Below are positions 28,641-41,845 of a stretch of DNA of 64,000 nt, in pieces (position 1 is the stretch's first letter; each line of letters opens with the position of its first letter). Source of the stretch: Hormiphora californensis (taxonomy: Eukaryota; Animalia; Ctenophora). Where the stretch lies: the NCBI GenBank assembly GCA_020137815.1, contig CM035352.1, positions 4,278,001 to 4,342,000 on the forward strand, given 5' to 3'. The notes under the pieces were generated by a model. The model did no database searches and was not told where the DNA came from. It saw nothing but the letters and a program-made list of their open reading frames with translations. A program made the translations under genes and the position numbers.

Positions 28641-30295
28641 TTCGCCCAAGCCGGGGCTGCGCCCTTGGACCTTACTTGTTGGGGTTCACCACGCCCCCTG
28701 ACCGGGGCTATCGCAGTTCGCACAGTGAACTGCTGGGATGCAGCCCATCACCATTCACCCATGTTCGTCCCAGAAAATTTTTCTTCACTTTGAAAACGTT
28801 TTTAAAATTTAAAAACCAAAAGTTTGGCAAACGTTGCTGGGATAAGGCAGCGCTTTTCAAACCAAAAGTTTTTTTTGAAAATTCACGAACCAAAAGTTTG
28901 GTTTTTTGAAAATCGTGATCGCGCGGCGCGCCGCGGCGGACTCATATCAGCGCGGCGCACACCGGCTGTTTTTGCAACGTATACTCATATTTTTCGCGCG
29001 CGCCGTTAAATGCCGCTGTCACGGTTTATTATTATTTGAGAGATCTGAACTTTGAAATTTGAAAAATTTTGTCACTTTTTAAATTTTTTTAAACAACAGA
29101 GTTGAAAAGCGTTTTGGAATGCGCTGCAGCCCCCTCATGCGCGCACCCCCGCAACGAGGGGACTGGAGGGAATGCCGCGCGCGCGTTTGGCCTGATCCCG
29201 GCTGGGTCGAAGATAACTTTGCGGTCGAAAAAACGGCGGTGCTTATAACTTTGGCTCCTGAAGGGGCGCGACTATAATCTGGGTGCCTTGCAGCCTGTTT
29301 ACAGGTGCGCGCTACCAAAAGAGTACACTTAGACCGACTTTTTTCAAACGGCTATAGCCACGCAACCACATGGCCAATTTGAGTAAACTAAACGGTATCT
29401 GTTAGAGAATCGATAGCCCTAACCGATAACCCCAAACCAAACCCTAACCAGACCCTAACGGATAGCCCTAACCCGTCGCGCGCGCCAAAACTACGAATTG
29501 TTAGCAATGAAAGGCACCCAGATTTTAACGTTTTCCCTCCTGAAGTCCGTTTGACTTGATTCTTTCACCAGTTGTTAGATCTGACGATTATCTACCTTGC
29601 TGTTTTTGAGAGAAGTTAATTGGACTTAAGGAGGCTGAGCAATAGCCGTTGAAAGATGGGTTGTTTTCAAAAAGTGACGTCACAGATTCTTGCAGGGACA
29701 CCTTTTTTTAAATTTCATTCAAATTTTGATTTTACCGCACTCGATTTTGCGGAGTTTGGTTCATATCTCCTGTTCCTGATAAGATAGAGACCTGAAACCG
29801 GTTGCATTTGAAAGCTGTTATCTTCCTCTTTCCAACGCTACCAAAACGATTTCTGTACCTTATCTGGAACCGGAGATATGATTGATTATGTATTCCCCCC
29901 GTGACAATTTCAGGGGTCTAGCTCAAAAACTGTAGGAGGAGTAGGGAGAAAACAATTATCGGACTAACATTTTGGAAATTATTATATGGATTTAAAATTT
30001 TTTCAAAAGTTGGTTTTATTTTTTTATTTTTATTTTTTGAAAATCGTGATTGATTCAGCTGCGCGGCACGCCGGCTGTTTTTGCAGCGCATACTCACATT
30101 TTTCGCGCGCGCCGTTAAATGCCGTGGACACGGCTGATTATTTGAAAGATCTGAACTTTTTAAATTTTTGTCACTTTTTAAAAGTTGTAAAACAGTTTTA
30201 AATCAAAAGAAACTGTTGGCATGCGCTGCAGACCCCAAGTGCGCGCGTTTTCCACGGCTTCTGTAGCATAGGCCAAAAGAAACTGGCATACTAAA

Positions 30296-30517
30296 TAGTG
30301 GAAGCTCTTACGGTAATTCCCACGCCCCGTGGGAAAGTTTTCGACCGTGGGAAAGTTTTCAAAGCGTGGGAAAAGAGAGATACATACAATAACTATAAAA
30401 AATAAATTGTTTTTTCCTAGTTATTGTATGTATCTCTCTTTTCCCACGCTTTGAAAACTTTCCCACGGTCAAAAACTTTCCCACGGGGCGTGGGAATTAC
30501 CGTAAGAGCTTCCACTA
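30296..30517. mobile_element. Palindromic MITE
   Basis: Near-perfect inverted arms of about 100 bp, TAGTGGAAGCTCTTACGG...CCGTAAGAGCTTCCACTA. Confidence 0.85.
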
Positions 30518-30714
30518 AAAGGTTTTGGACAAAGCGGCCAGGAAGATTTGTCAGAAACACAAGGAGTGTTACGCTGAAACAGTGTCCTTCATCCGAGAAA
30601 AGACACGATTCAGTTTGCTAAGATCAACACTTGTTGCGCTTCGGGGCACCAAGAGAAGGGTTGTCCGAGTCAGTGTGGAACTTTCATCAACTACAACGTA
30701 AAACTATTTATTGA

Positions 30715-31677
30715 GTGATGGGAACGAACGACAACGAGGGCGATAACCCTACGAATGAACGATTGATAAAATCAGTGAATGACTATGTTTCGGAGATCAT
30801 GAGATTGGAATACGCGGGAACCTCGGAAGAGATGAATGTTGAACCTCAGCTGGTAACAGATAGCTACAACTTTTTCAAACATTTTCCTGAGTCAAAACTG
30901 ACCCCTGATAGTGCTGGTACAGTTTATAAAGATATAAACACCTATTTTAGACATTCTCTCAAGAACTTATCTAAAGAGGAAATAATTGACGCCACATGTA
31001 AAACGTTTTTGTCCAGTGTAAAACTTCTCAAATGTGCAATGCACAGCCTTGATGAGATTGTTAGTACGAGGAAACTCGAGGAGGAGTTACGAAAGTGCAA
31101 GGAAGAACTTGACCGCCACCGTGTCAATGTGATTGAGCTACAACAAACCGTTATTAACGCCCAAAAGGAGCAACTGAGTTCCGTAAAAACTTCAGTGCAG
31201 AAGGTGAAAGCCTACTCTACTGTACTGGCTCAAAACTGTGCCGCAGTCTCTCCGGTGGTGAGAAAGTCTTCTCAAGATCCTGCTTCCACACCATCGTCCG
31301 ACAGGGAGAAAAACCTTGTTATTTTCGGTATACCAGAAACAACTGACCGCCTGACTAGGAATAGTGTTGATGGTGTGTTTGCCGAGTTGAACGAAAAACC
31401 AAAAGTTAACTCAATGAAACGTATCGGCGAGAGAGACGAGAAGGGCCCTCGGCCAATTTTGGTTTCTTTTGAAAGGCGAGCAACACTTTTGGCTCTGCTG
31501 AAAAAATCACGACAGCTCAAGAACTCGGAACATTTTTCAGCTGTTTACCTGTCACCTGATTTAACCCCGATTCAAATTAGAGAGCGAAAAACTCTTATAA
31601 ACACGATGAAAAAACTCCGCTTAGAAGACCCGAGTGGAAAGTACTATATTAAAAACAATATAATCCAAGTTGGATAA
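30715..31677 (+). CDS. LINE ORF1-like protein (coiled coil + RRM/CTD) with no ORF2; UTR ends in an (ATTGAT)n tail near 31872
   Basis: REKNLVIFGIPE, RPILVSF, VYLSPDLT, KYYIKNNII motifs. Intronless. Confidence 0.75.
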   Translation: MMGTNDNEGDNPTNERLIKSVNDYVSEIMRLEYAGTSEEMNVEPQLVTDSYNFFKHFPESKLTPDSAGTVYKDINTYFRHSLKNLSKEEIIDATCKTFLSSVKLLKCAMHSLDEIVSTRKLEEELRKCKEELDRHRVNVIELQQTVINAQKEQLSSVKTSVQKVKAYSTVLAQNCAAVSPVVRKSSQDPASTPSSDREKNLVIFGIPETTDRLTRNSVDGVFAELNEKPKVNSMKRIGERDEKGPRPILVSFERRATLLALLKKSRQLKNSEHFSAVYLSPDLTPIQIRERKTLINTMKKLRLEDPSGKYYIKNNIIQVG

Positions 31678-32466
31678 TATTTTTCTTATACACTGTTACT
31701 CTAGTTTAGTAAGCCCGCTTTAGGTAACTGCTGAAGCCTGTTGGCCTTTCAGCCTAAAAGCATACATATAATTTTATATGTATGTAAGTGTAAGAGCGGG
31801 TAGGGTCGTATATATTTTTAATCTATATTGACTCTGTTATAAATGTTGTAATTGATATTGATATTGATATTGAGATGTAGATTTTCGAGATAAGTGAGCA
31901 GAGAGAGGGAGAATGAGAGTATGAAGGTGTGTGGGTAATTTATTATATGGAATGAATGACAATGTTCATTCCTATCAAAAAAATGAATTTTGAGCTAGAG
32001 CTCTGATTTTTCTGTCAGGATCAAGATAGACATAGTGGAGCAACCCTGCCAAGTTACAGCTCTCCACCACATCGGCAACTATGGTGGTCTAGGGGGGGCA
32101 TTTTTTTTGCCGCACACGGTAGCCCTGCCTGTAGCATTTGCCAAGCTTTTTGTTTTAAATTTTTTTAACAACAGAGCAGAAATGCTCGAAGCGGCTGTGC
32201 ATGTACCCTAGGCTGCTGGGCCTAGCTTCTGGGAGTTTTAATCCGTGCCCCTGACCGTAGCTACCGCCCCTAGAGTCTAGGTACAGTCAGGGGCTTAGAC
32301 CCTGGACACACAGGGACACCGCATCTACTGGCCACAAAATGTTTGCCTAGAAATGTATTCTGTAATTTCACATTCTAAAAACCGAAGATAGTATCTTCCC
32401 TAAAAGTTAAAACTCACTCCAACTACTAACTTGATAAATAATAACTTTAATTCCCAGTTCGAGCTA

Positions 32467-33160
32467 ATGGCGAATGTTGTGAAGCGTGTGTCAGTCCACG
32501 GGTTTACGGAATACCTGCGGGCTGTGGAGGAGTATAGCAACTCTTCCCTTCACATGTTTGCCCTTTTTACCGGGGCATTGGATGACCAGGGCAAAAGCTG
32601 GTGTCCTGATTGCGTCAAAGGTATGTTTTTACAAACAGTGAGCATACTATTGTTGTCATCTAAAACCTTTTTTATTGTGATGAATTCATGAACAATATCA
32701 AACTTTTTTAAACAAAACCTCTTTTATCTACTTCTCTCTCTATCTCTCTCTCTCTCTCTCTCTCCAGCTGACCCAGTTATAGAAGCAGCCACTAAAGACC
32801 TCCCCGAGTGTTCCTGTATCATCACGGCATACATTGACCGAACCACGTGGAAGGACCCTAACAATAACTTTAGGAAATCAGCGGATCTTCAGTTGACCTG
32901 CATTCCAACTCTTATCAAACTCGGCACTGTAAGTTACACTTATCATTAATTTAATTTATTACACTGAATGGTCGTGAACGGGAGCTTCATTGCACCCACC
33001 CCTTACTTGCCAGTGTCCTTGTAGAAGAAGAAGAAGGGTATTACCTGGTCCTAGCACTGAGCTTGTTTTATGTTTCTTATTTCCCCCTCAGGAAAAAAGA
33101 TTACAAGAGAAGGAATGTGCCAAGAAGTCCCTGGTCGCTATGCTCTTTGACGAAGACTGA
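32467..33160 (+). CDS. TXNDC17: Thioredoxin domain-containing protein 17 (TRP14)
   Basis: Exons 32467-32620, 32768-32928, 33092-33160. Motifs GKSWCPDCVKADPV, WKDPNNNFR, IPTL. Confidence 0.93.
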
Positions 33161-33281
33161 TAGAGAGAGAGAGAAATAATCTCACAAATTGTCATCTGAT
33201 TTTTCACTCATAATTCCACTAATCACAAAGCATCTTTTTTAATCATGTGTAAATCTATTAGTAAGGTGATAAGCCAGGAAC

Positions 33282-34225
33282 ACCAGAAAAAAATTTGTTA
33301 CAAAGGATTTCCACCTCAAATGTACTCCTAAGGGTCCCCTCTATCGATTCCAACCAATGTTCATATTTGTTCAGGGGTGCTAAGGCCTCATTTCCGGGTG
33401 GGCGTGGTACCCGTATTTTCAGCCTGAGGCCAAAACCATAAGTACCCTTAAAATTGGAGTAGAGATAAAATTGAGGGCACTAGAGTGATCAGCGTCCTCG
33501 CATTAGTGGGGGTAGGTGCCGGAATTAAGTCTCTATCTCATCCGGTTAATTAGATAATCGGATAATTAGGTATGCGCATAACCATTTTTTGGCTATATGG
33601 CTATAGCCACTTAAGAATGGTTTAGAGACTTTTCACTGGTGCCATTTTGTTCAGAAGAAAATTCTAGAGAGAAGTTGTGGAAAAATTTAGGGCCTATCTC
33701 TTACCGTTTTGCCGTTATTTGCGGTAAACGAATGCCAAATTAGTCGAAAAAGCCAAAAATCGAGTTAATTGGCATTCGTTTACCGCAAATAACGGCAAAA
33801 CGGTAAGAGATAGGCCCTAAATTTTTCCACAACTTCTCTCTAGAATTTTCTTCTGAACAAAATGGCACCAGTGAAAAGTCTCTAAACCACTCCTAAGTGG
33901 CTTTAGCCATATAGCCAAAAAACGGTTATGCGCATACCTAATTATCCAATTATCTAATTAACCAGATGAGATAGAGACTTAATTCCGGCACCTACCCCCA
34001 CTAATGCGAGGACGCTGATCACTCTAGTGCCCTCGATTTTATCTCTACTCCAATTTTAAGGGTACTTATGGTTTTGGCCTCAGGCTGAAAATACAGGTAC
34101 CACGCCCACCCGGAAATGAGGCCTTAGCACCCCTGAACAAATATGAACATTGGTTGGAATCGATAGAGGGGACCCTTAGGAGTACATTTGAGGTGGAAAT
34201 CCTTTGTAACAAATTTTTTTCTGGT
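33282..34225. mobile_element. Foldback element with ~460-bp inverted arms
   Basis: Arms differ by a few substitutions around a ~25-nt centre. Possible outer ends TA|AGGTGAT (33262) and ATCACCT|TA (34255). Confidence 0.85.
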
Positions 34226-34408
34226 TGAGGCTAAAATTTTAGTTAAATCACCTTATTATATTTTGTGTATAAATTAACTGGTAAAATGCCACATGTTTTA
34301 TCTTGGAAAATATTTTGCCTTGCCCTTAGGGCAGCCGGCAGATTATCCCACTGCTTTACCGGTCAGACATTTACACCCCATAAACTGTGACCCAATCTAA
34401 TAATATAG

Positions 34409-37179
34409 ATGGCAGATGCAGATGCTTTTGGAAATGAGGACCTTTTTTCAGCTTTCTCTGCAGAGGCTACCCAGCAATCAGTACCCCGTCAGAATGGGTA
34501 AGTGTCACTCACCGAGTGAAAGACAAGATGGGCTCGGAAACACAATGTATCTCGATTAATTGTGTTTCAGAATAAATATGATGACAGAATTAGTAGAAGA
34601 AGAAGCAGAAGAATTAGAAGAGTTACCCCAACCGCCTTCCCCACCTGGTACAAAATCAACTGCCCTCTTGGATCGATTCGCTGATGTATTATCGGCACAC
34701 AACCCCGTAGCAGCGATTGGGTATTTTAGGAGTTTCTTGTCGCTGGAGTGTCAGGCACGGATAGAAGCGGAGCTGTTCACGGTGTTGTCAGAGCAGCGGG
34801 ATGCGGGGGATGAGGTCGTGGCGAACAAGGATCCACAAGGACAGGTTTGTAATTACTGTGCCCGTGTGGTGGGAATTGCTCGACCCTATTTCACCGCTAC
34901 CCGGGGGTGACCGGTGAGGAAGGGACAGCCGACAGGAGGTAGTAGCGGGGTAGATAATTATGTGGCTTGAATTGGAGTTACTGGTGAGATTGCACATGTA
35001 CTGCAAACTGCACCAGAGTCTGGTGACCAGACACTAATTTAGCGATATCAGTTCATGTGTTACAGTGTTCCCAATATAATACTTTTTACCCGTAGTGACC
35101 CTTCAATGAAGTCTATCTCTCCAGGTTCTATACATGCCATTCTGTATTCTGGACTCAGTGGGGAAGCACTGGGAAAAAACACCAGTACAGTACGGGGATC
35201 ACACTCCTATCTTTGAGAACCCATTCACTGTGGTCCTAGATGACCGGGAGGATAAACTTGATATGTTCGGGGCGAAACTTCCGAAAGATACCCGGTAATA
35301 ATTCTCCTAATTCAACTAATTAATTGGTAGTTGTTAACTAATTCTCCTATCAAAGTTACTCTTCGGTGTTAGTAATCTGTCTGACTAGTATCATTTCCAC
35401 AGTGGCCAGGGACCGGAGTGTTTTAACTGTGGTGGACCACATCGGCTGTCTGATTGTAAGGAGCCAAAGGACAAGAGGAAGATTGCCGAGAATCTGAAAC
35501 TTTTCAAGGAATCAAGAGGAGGGGCGAACTACAGTGATCGATATCATGTCAGGGTGGCTAAGGAAGTTGAACCCAGGTCAGTGTTAATTAGTTAATTACC
35601 CCGTTAATTAGTTGTTAATTAGTTGTACACATCAGTGATCAGTGGGCTGTTGATAACCGGTAATTAATATTATTTATTCCTTTTGGTGACATATTGAAAC
35701 ATGACCTGCCCCTTTTGGTGACACACTGAAACTCTACCAGCTACCTGCCCCTAGGTTCAAAGAGTTCCAGCCAGGTAAAATAACGAGTGAACTCCGGGAG
35801 GCACTGGGTTTGGGACGGCAGGATCTCCCCTCATTTCTGTATAGGATGCGGCAATATGGGTATCCTCCAGGTTACTCTATAGAGCCTCCTGTCAGGAACA
35901 ACCAGGGAATGCATTTCTACAAGACTGCTACTACGGCAACCGGTTAGTTGACACAAGTAATTCGATTCTCGATACCGTATTATATCTGTTCATAGGTTAC
36001 AAAATAACCCCTTCGCTTGCGCTCGCAAGGGAGGGGTTATTTCGTAACCAAATCTGTTCAGTGTTTACAGAAGTTGCTTAGGTTTTTCTCGTATCTGTTA
36101 AATTTAACAAATAACAGAGTCTCTCATGACTCCTTGTTGAGCAAACTATAAAATTGAGCTGTAAACAGGGCTCTAGGGGCAGGGCCGGGTGACCTAAAAG
36201 TATAGTATTGTTAGCAGGGCTTTAGAGCAATCTAAAATTATTGTTAGCAGGTTCTACTGCAGAGGATGGAGAGATAGAGGAAGCTCTGTTACCCTGTGTT
36301 ATCGATTACCCCGGATACACAATAGCACCAGACTCGCATATTGACGATAAATACAGAGAAAAATACCAGGTACCTGGCCCCCCCCCCCTCTCTTTCACCC
36401 AGCAGTTGAACCCTCACACACGATTGAAGTATTATTCGAGGGTTAATTATAAGATCTCTTATATCAATACTCCCAGATTTCACCCCTCCCTCCAACTCTA
36501 CCAGGTTTACAGTACAGTAACACCCATGCTGTCCGACAAGAGACGACCCCGGCCCCCATCACAAGCCCCTAAGCGACAGCGAGTGGAACAAACCGCCCTC
36601 GGGGACCGGACAGAGGACGACATGGACGTCAAAGATGATGGTTGTTGTTGCTCCTTCATAAAACTAATCATCCCACAATATATATCTTGTTTTACTAATA
36701 ATCCCCCTCCCATTTATCTCAGATCGGTTAGAAGCACCAGCACACTCCCGAGCTATCATCAAGCTTCCCCCACCAATGCCAGCTGGACCGCCACCCAAAC
36801 CTCCCGCTCCACCTAAACCAAGCATCCCAACCTGCCGAGGTGAAAGATGAGGAGGGTGAGGTGAAAGATGAGGATGGTGAGGTGAAAGATGAGGGCGAGG
36901 AGGTGAAAGATGAGGGTGAGGAGGAGTATGTGCCAGAGATGGTGACACCTTTCACGAATGGTGAGGAGAAAGCAAAGGAGGAAACTGAGGAACAAGGGGA
37001 GGAGGGAGACGAGGATGATGATTTGAATCGTTCAATAGTCAGCTGAAACAAACAAGATTGGAATTAAATTTGATCAAGTTGAGGATTATGGTCCGCTCGA
37101 TAAAAAGGCTGGGAACTTCACCAAGTTACAAGGAATCCTTCGGAAAAAACCAAAAACTGGCAAACGAAAACGCAACTAA
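34409..37179 (+). CDS. ZCCHC8: Zinc finger CCHC domain-containing protein 8 (NEXT complex subunit)
   Basis: N-terminal FGNEDLFSAF; knuckle CFNCGGPHRLSDCKEP...RYH (~35403-35576); PSP domain FQPGKITSELREALGL..LPSFLYRMRQYGYPPGY; C-terminal GNFTKLQGIL. Multi-exon, internal boundaries approximate. Confidence 0.88.
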
Positions 37180-37447
37180 ATATATTATATATGCGAAAAA
37201 AAGGTCAATTGTCTTTTACAGTTAACCGTTCAGAGAACGAGTCAGAGAAAGGAAAGATATGTGATATATGAGATGGAGGACGACAGCAGTTGTTGTGTGA
37301 GAGAGAAAGAGAGAGTGGGAGTTGCACGATTTTTTTAATCACATTGTAATAATATTGATACTGAATTTAAAATATACCCCCGTTACCCCTCCCCTCCTTT
37401 AGTGTGGATACCCCCTTTTTCTCACCATACTCTAGTCCTAGCTTCCT

Positions 37448-40400
37448 ATGGTATCTGTAGATTCGGGAAAGAAGTTAGAGAAGAAAAAGGGAAAGAAGGC
37501 GGTGAAAGATGGAGTCAAAAAGAAAGTTAAGGAGAGGCTTATGAAGAAGGGTGGAGGAGAGAAAAAGAAAACTGTTACTTTTGAAGACGAAACGGCCGAA
37601 CCAAGGTAGACCGTTTTACCTAATTTTCCATCACCTAAGGTTTAGAATATTCGGCTCTTTTGTTTCCACTGTTTGTTTTGTCTAACACTGATTCCTCTCA
37701 GTGTCGACAGTCTAATTAGTGAGATTCGTGGCCAGGTTGACGAGCAACAAAAGTCAGCCGATGATTCGACCCCGGCATCAAAAGAATTGGAGACCCTTTT
37801 AGCGGTAAGAGACGGAACGCGCGATCAACACTTTGCGTTGAAACCCCCACTGCCAAACACTTCACTCACCTTCAAAGTGCGCGCGAATTGGGGGTTATTC
37901 CATCAGTCGGCTGTCGGGTCTTGGGACGCCCTTGTCCCACAAAAGACTGCTATGCACTCTCCGAAGCAGCATCCGTGATGTTACAGTCAGACATGCAGTG
38001 TGACAAAAACGCCCCGAACTGAAAGTGAAGTCAGTTTTCCGACCTCTACAGCTCGACTGTTCATATTTCAAGAAAATATTGTCGACTTCACTACTACATT
38101 CTTACAGGAGGAGGAGGACCACGATGACGTTGCAGAGGGACACAGTGAACTCTTGGAGAAGTTTGGAGTTAAAGAGAAAAAGAGGGCACCCAAAGAGAAA
38201 ACTCTTCCTATGGAGCCAACTGGGATGGAGATTGATGGTGAGTTGGGGGTGTTGTAAAATTATATTCTCCCTTTAATTTGAAGTTACCTTACTCTCGTTA
38301 ATTAAGCTCGCATATTTCAAGAAACTTTTAAATAAGAAACTTTTTTTCTAGGAAACTACAGGTGTAAGCACTCCAAAAACAAAAAGAATTTCTCCTTTAT
38401 CAAGAAACTAAACAAGTTAGGGGTGTTCTATTTTGTTGTGGTGTCTCTGAATTGAGTGATTTCCATTTGAAAAGTTTCTTATAAAAAAGTTTCTTACTAA
38501 AGCGTTTCTTAAAAAACGAGAGTAAGGTAGTTTGTAGATGTAACATTTTGTCTCACAAGACTACCCTCTCCGAACAGCCATGAAGTATGATTAGTACCAT
38601 TATGCTGTTGTTTTTCAGGCAAAGTAACATTGAACGAGCTTCTAGTGAGTGCCTCTAAACAACAAAACTTAACGTCCGTTCAGCAATTGTTGGTAAGCTT
38701 CCCTCTAATTTTAATTCTTCCCATTCCCATATTTCTATTTAAATCAGGCACAAATTCTCCACACATTCCTCCAGGACAGTGGAAAAGAGCTGACAACCCT
38801 CTCAGAACCCCTGCCACGCTTCCAACAAGAACAAGCGGAGAGGATAGTTAATTATGACAAAACCAAGAAGGAAGTATCGAAGTGGCAAAGTTTGGTCAAG
38901 AGGAACAGAGAGACGGAACACATGTCTTTTCCTTTGTTCCATGTCCAGGAGACGAGGCAACAGAAACAGGATATAACAACATTTGCAACAAAACGAAAGG
39001 TAATAAAGTTTTAATACAGTTGTAGAAAACATAATACAGTCAGATCCCGATTACCAAAATATGATATGATGAAACTACTTCTTACCATTTTACATGTTTC
39101 CAGAACATGAGAAGTGCTCTGGAGGAAGAGATATATGAGGTATTGGAGAAAGATGCCCATGTGTTGGAGCGAGAGGGTCAAATGTTAACTGAGGCAGAGG
39201 AACAAACTCTAGAGGAGCTCACTGTCGAAGAGGTAACTGCTCAACTTTATGTATTTTTTTTCTAATTTCCATCTGAGCAGCAGTTCAGCTTTCTCTATCT
39301 CTTCAACTATTTTGATAGTTACAACTATTATATTTCTTATTTACATCTATCTCCACTTCTAAGCATGTCTGTACCTGATCTGAACCACGTGTTACCTAAC
39401 CCCTCTCTCACAGGCGGAATCACGAAGGCAGGAATTGTGTAAAATGAGGGCCTTACTTTCCTACCAAGAGGAGAAGTTGAGAAGGCAAAACAAAATAAAG
39501 AGCAAGAAATATCGGAGGGTTCTAAAAAAAGAAAAACAGAAAAAGGATGAGAAGGAGCTAGCGGAGGCCCTAAAAGCGGATCCGGCAGCAGTCGCAGGTA
39601 TGTGTAGGGCAGGTTGTATATTGTAGTTGTGTTTTTGTAGCCACGGCACTTTTCATACAGCAACTAAGCATCGCTTGGGATTGCATTGTCTGACATATCT
39701 ATATCAAGAACATGTAGGAGGACAGAGAACTAGAATCCATACTTCAGGTGATGAACAAGAGAAAGCAGATTACTTGAGAGCGTTAGAGCGGATATCACAG
39801 AAGCACAAAGTGGGGGGAAAGTGGAACAAGAATCTACTTCACAAGAAAATCAGGGATCCCGATGTAAGTTGATCTAGGTGACATGTTTTATGTGGCATCT
39901 CGCTTAGTGGGGCTACGAAGTGCGGGGTGGTCCTCATTCTCAAGAAACTTGATTTAAGCCTGGAGTGCGGTTTGGATGATTCCATTCGTTATTACCCCTT
40001 GTATTCATTTTCAGTTAAAATCAGCGATGGCGGAACAGAGACAAATGAGGAAGACCCTGATGGAGAAAAAAGCAGAAGAAGAATCGTCCGAAGAAGAGGA
40101 GGTAGACAACGAAGACGAAATGCTAGAAAAACATGTTAAACCAGTTGAAAAAGTGGAGGAAAAGTTCGAAATTGATCCCGATAATCCTTGGTTGATGGTC
40201 GGACAAGCCATGGAGAAGTCTGCAGAAACACCAGCACCACCACCTACCACCACTGTGATAGAAACCCCCAAAACACCCACAACCACTAAACCAGCCACCA
40301 TAGTGGTGGGAATCCTAGATCAGATGGAAAAGAAAGGAGAGGAGGAGGACCAGGAGGCCCTGGTGGATATGGCCTTTGCTAATGATGATGTTGTGGCGCA

Positions 40401-41249
40401 GTTCGTGGAAGAAAAGGCACAAATCGTGGATCAGGAAACAGAAAAGGTAACCCACTGCCCCCTCCCCTCACACTGTAATGTATAGTTGTACTTCCCTTCT
40501 ATGACATGATTATATGATTCTTATAACTTGTGTAGCTCTAACCGTATTTTGTTTCAAAAGCGTGTGAAGGTTCGGAAGATCAACTTCTAGCTAAACTAAA
40601 ATGTTTGATACCACCTGCACCCTATCCTCCCTTGTTGAGTCGTTCACCCCTTGCCTGGTTAGACTGTGTTTCGGGTGCCCCGATGTATGTAAAGGGAGGG
40701 TTAAAACATAACAATTCACCCCTAAACAAATCCTCCCCAGGATGTCGACCTGACCTTACCTGGTTGGGGTAGTTGGGGTGGGGCTGGAGTTGCCCCTCCC
40801 AAGAAACCACAGAAGAAGTTTATTAAAAAAGCAAAAAACACTGGGCCGAGGAAAGACGCTGGTCTTAGTCATGTGATTATCTCAACGAAGAAAAACAGAA
40901 AACTGGACGCCCACTTGGTAGGTTTTTGGTTTGTCATTTCGCCTGCCATTCCTACAGGGTGCTGGCAATCCTAGTAACTCCATGCCCATTTATGGAACAC
41001 GAATTCTACTTGTTTAGCACTTCTAAAACGCACTTCCCACAGGTCCGACACCTGCCCCATCCGTACAAGAACAGATCCACCTTTGAACGGGAAATGAGGC
41101 AACCCATTGGGCCACAGTGGAACTCAGTGAAGGCCTTCAGAAACATGATCAAGCCCACAGAGACAATTCTTGATGGACATGTAATTGAGCCGATTAGCGT
41201 GCCAAAAGGGTTTGATAAGGTACCCAGGAGAACCCGGAAAGCCCGGTAA
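37448..41249 (+). CDS. UTP14: U3 snoRNA-associated protein 14
   Basis: KIKSKKYRRV, RALERISQKHK, DNPWL, AFANDDVVAQF, DLTLPGWGSWGGAG, LPHPY...PIGPQWN. Multi-exon; the start exon is less certain. Confidence 0.92.
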
Positions 41250-41845
41250 AGGGTATGATCTGTTTTTACCCCGTTTTTACTTGTCATACTACCATACGGT
41301 ACATGACTGTATGAGAGGGCAGTCTTTTGTGAGACAAGACAGGGTCAGCTAAAATTCTAACAGAGTTGACTAATGACCCGCGTTAGAAATACTGAAACTG
41401 ACAGGGACATGATGGGGTGGTTTAATTTATTAATTTTGCACGTGTTTTACCTTTACAGTTTTATCTGGATCTGCAACACAGGTTCGGAAACAGCTAATCC
41501 CCGTTTTTATGATAGCACCTAATAAAAAATGCGCAACCCCCACTCAATCCAAATCAAAACATGGCAGGCAGGTGGGACATGGTGTCTGTCAGAGATTTGG
41601 CCTGACAGCAAGTAAGCTAACTTGGCCGTTGTTTTTTTCAAAAACTCCTGAAGAAGCAGGATTAGCAATTCAGGATTAGACGTCTCTAACAGCACTGTTT
41701 CGTTTGGGTCATGTCTCGTTCATTGTTTCTGTTCATATCACCACAGATCTACCAAACTTAAAAGTGCCCTGACACTTTGGTAGTTCGATATCGCAGTTGT
41801 TACACATTTTGTCACAAAACAGAGCTCTGGTCTGTCCCGATACTA

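Noticed and set aside
28640-30290. GC-rich dispersed repeats (28950-29130 similar to 30060-30230)
   Set aside because: Probably TE remnants, but I could not define ends, TSDs or coding capacity.
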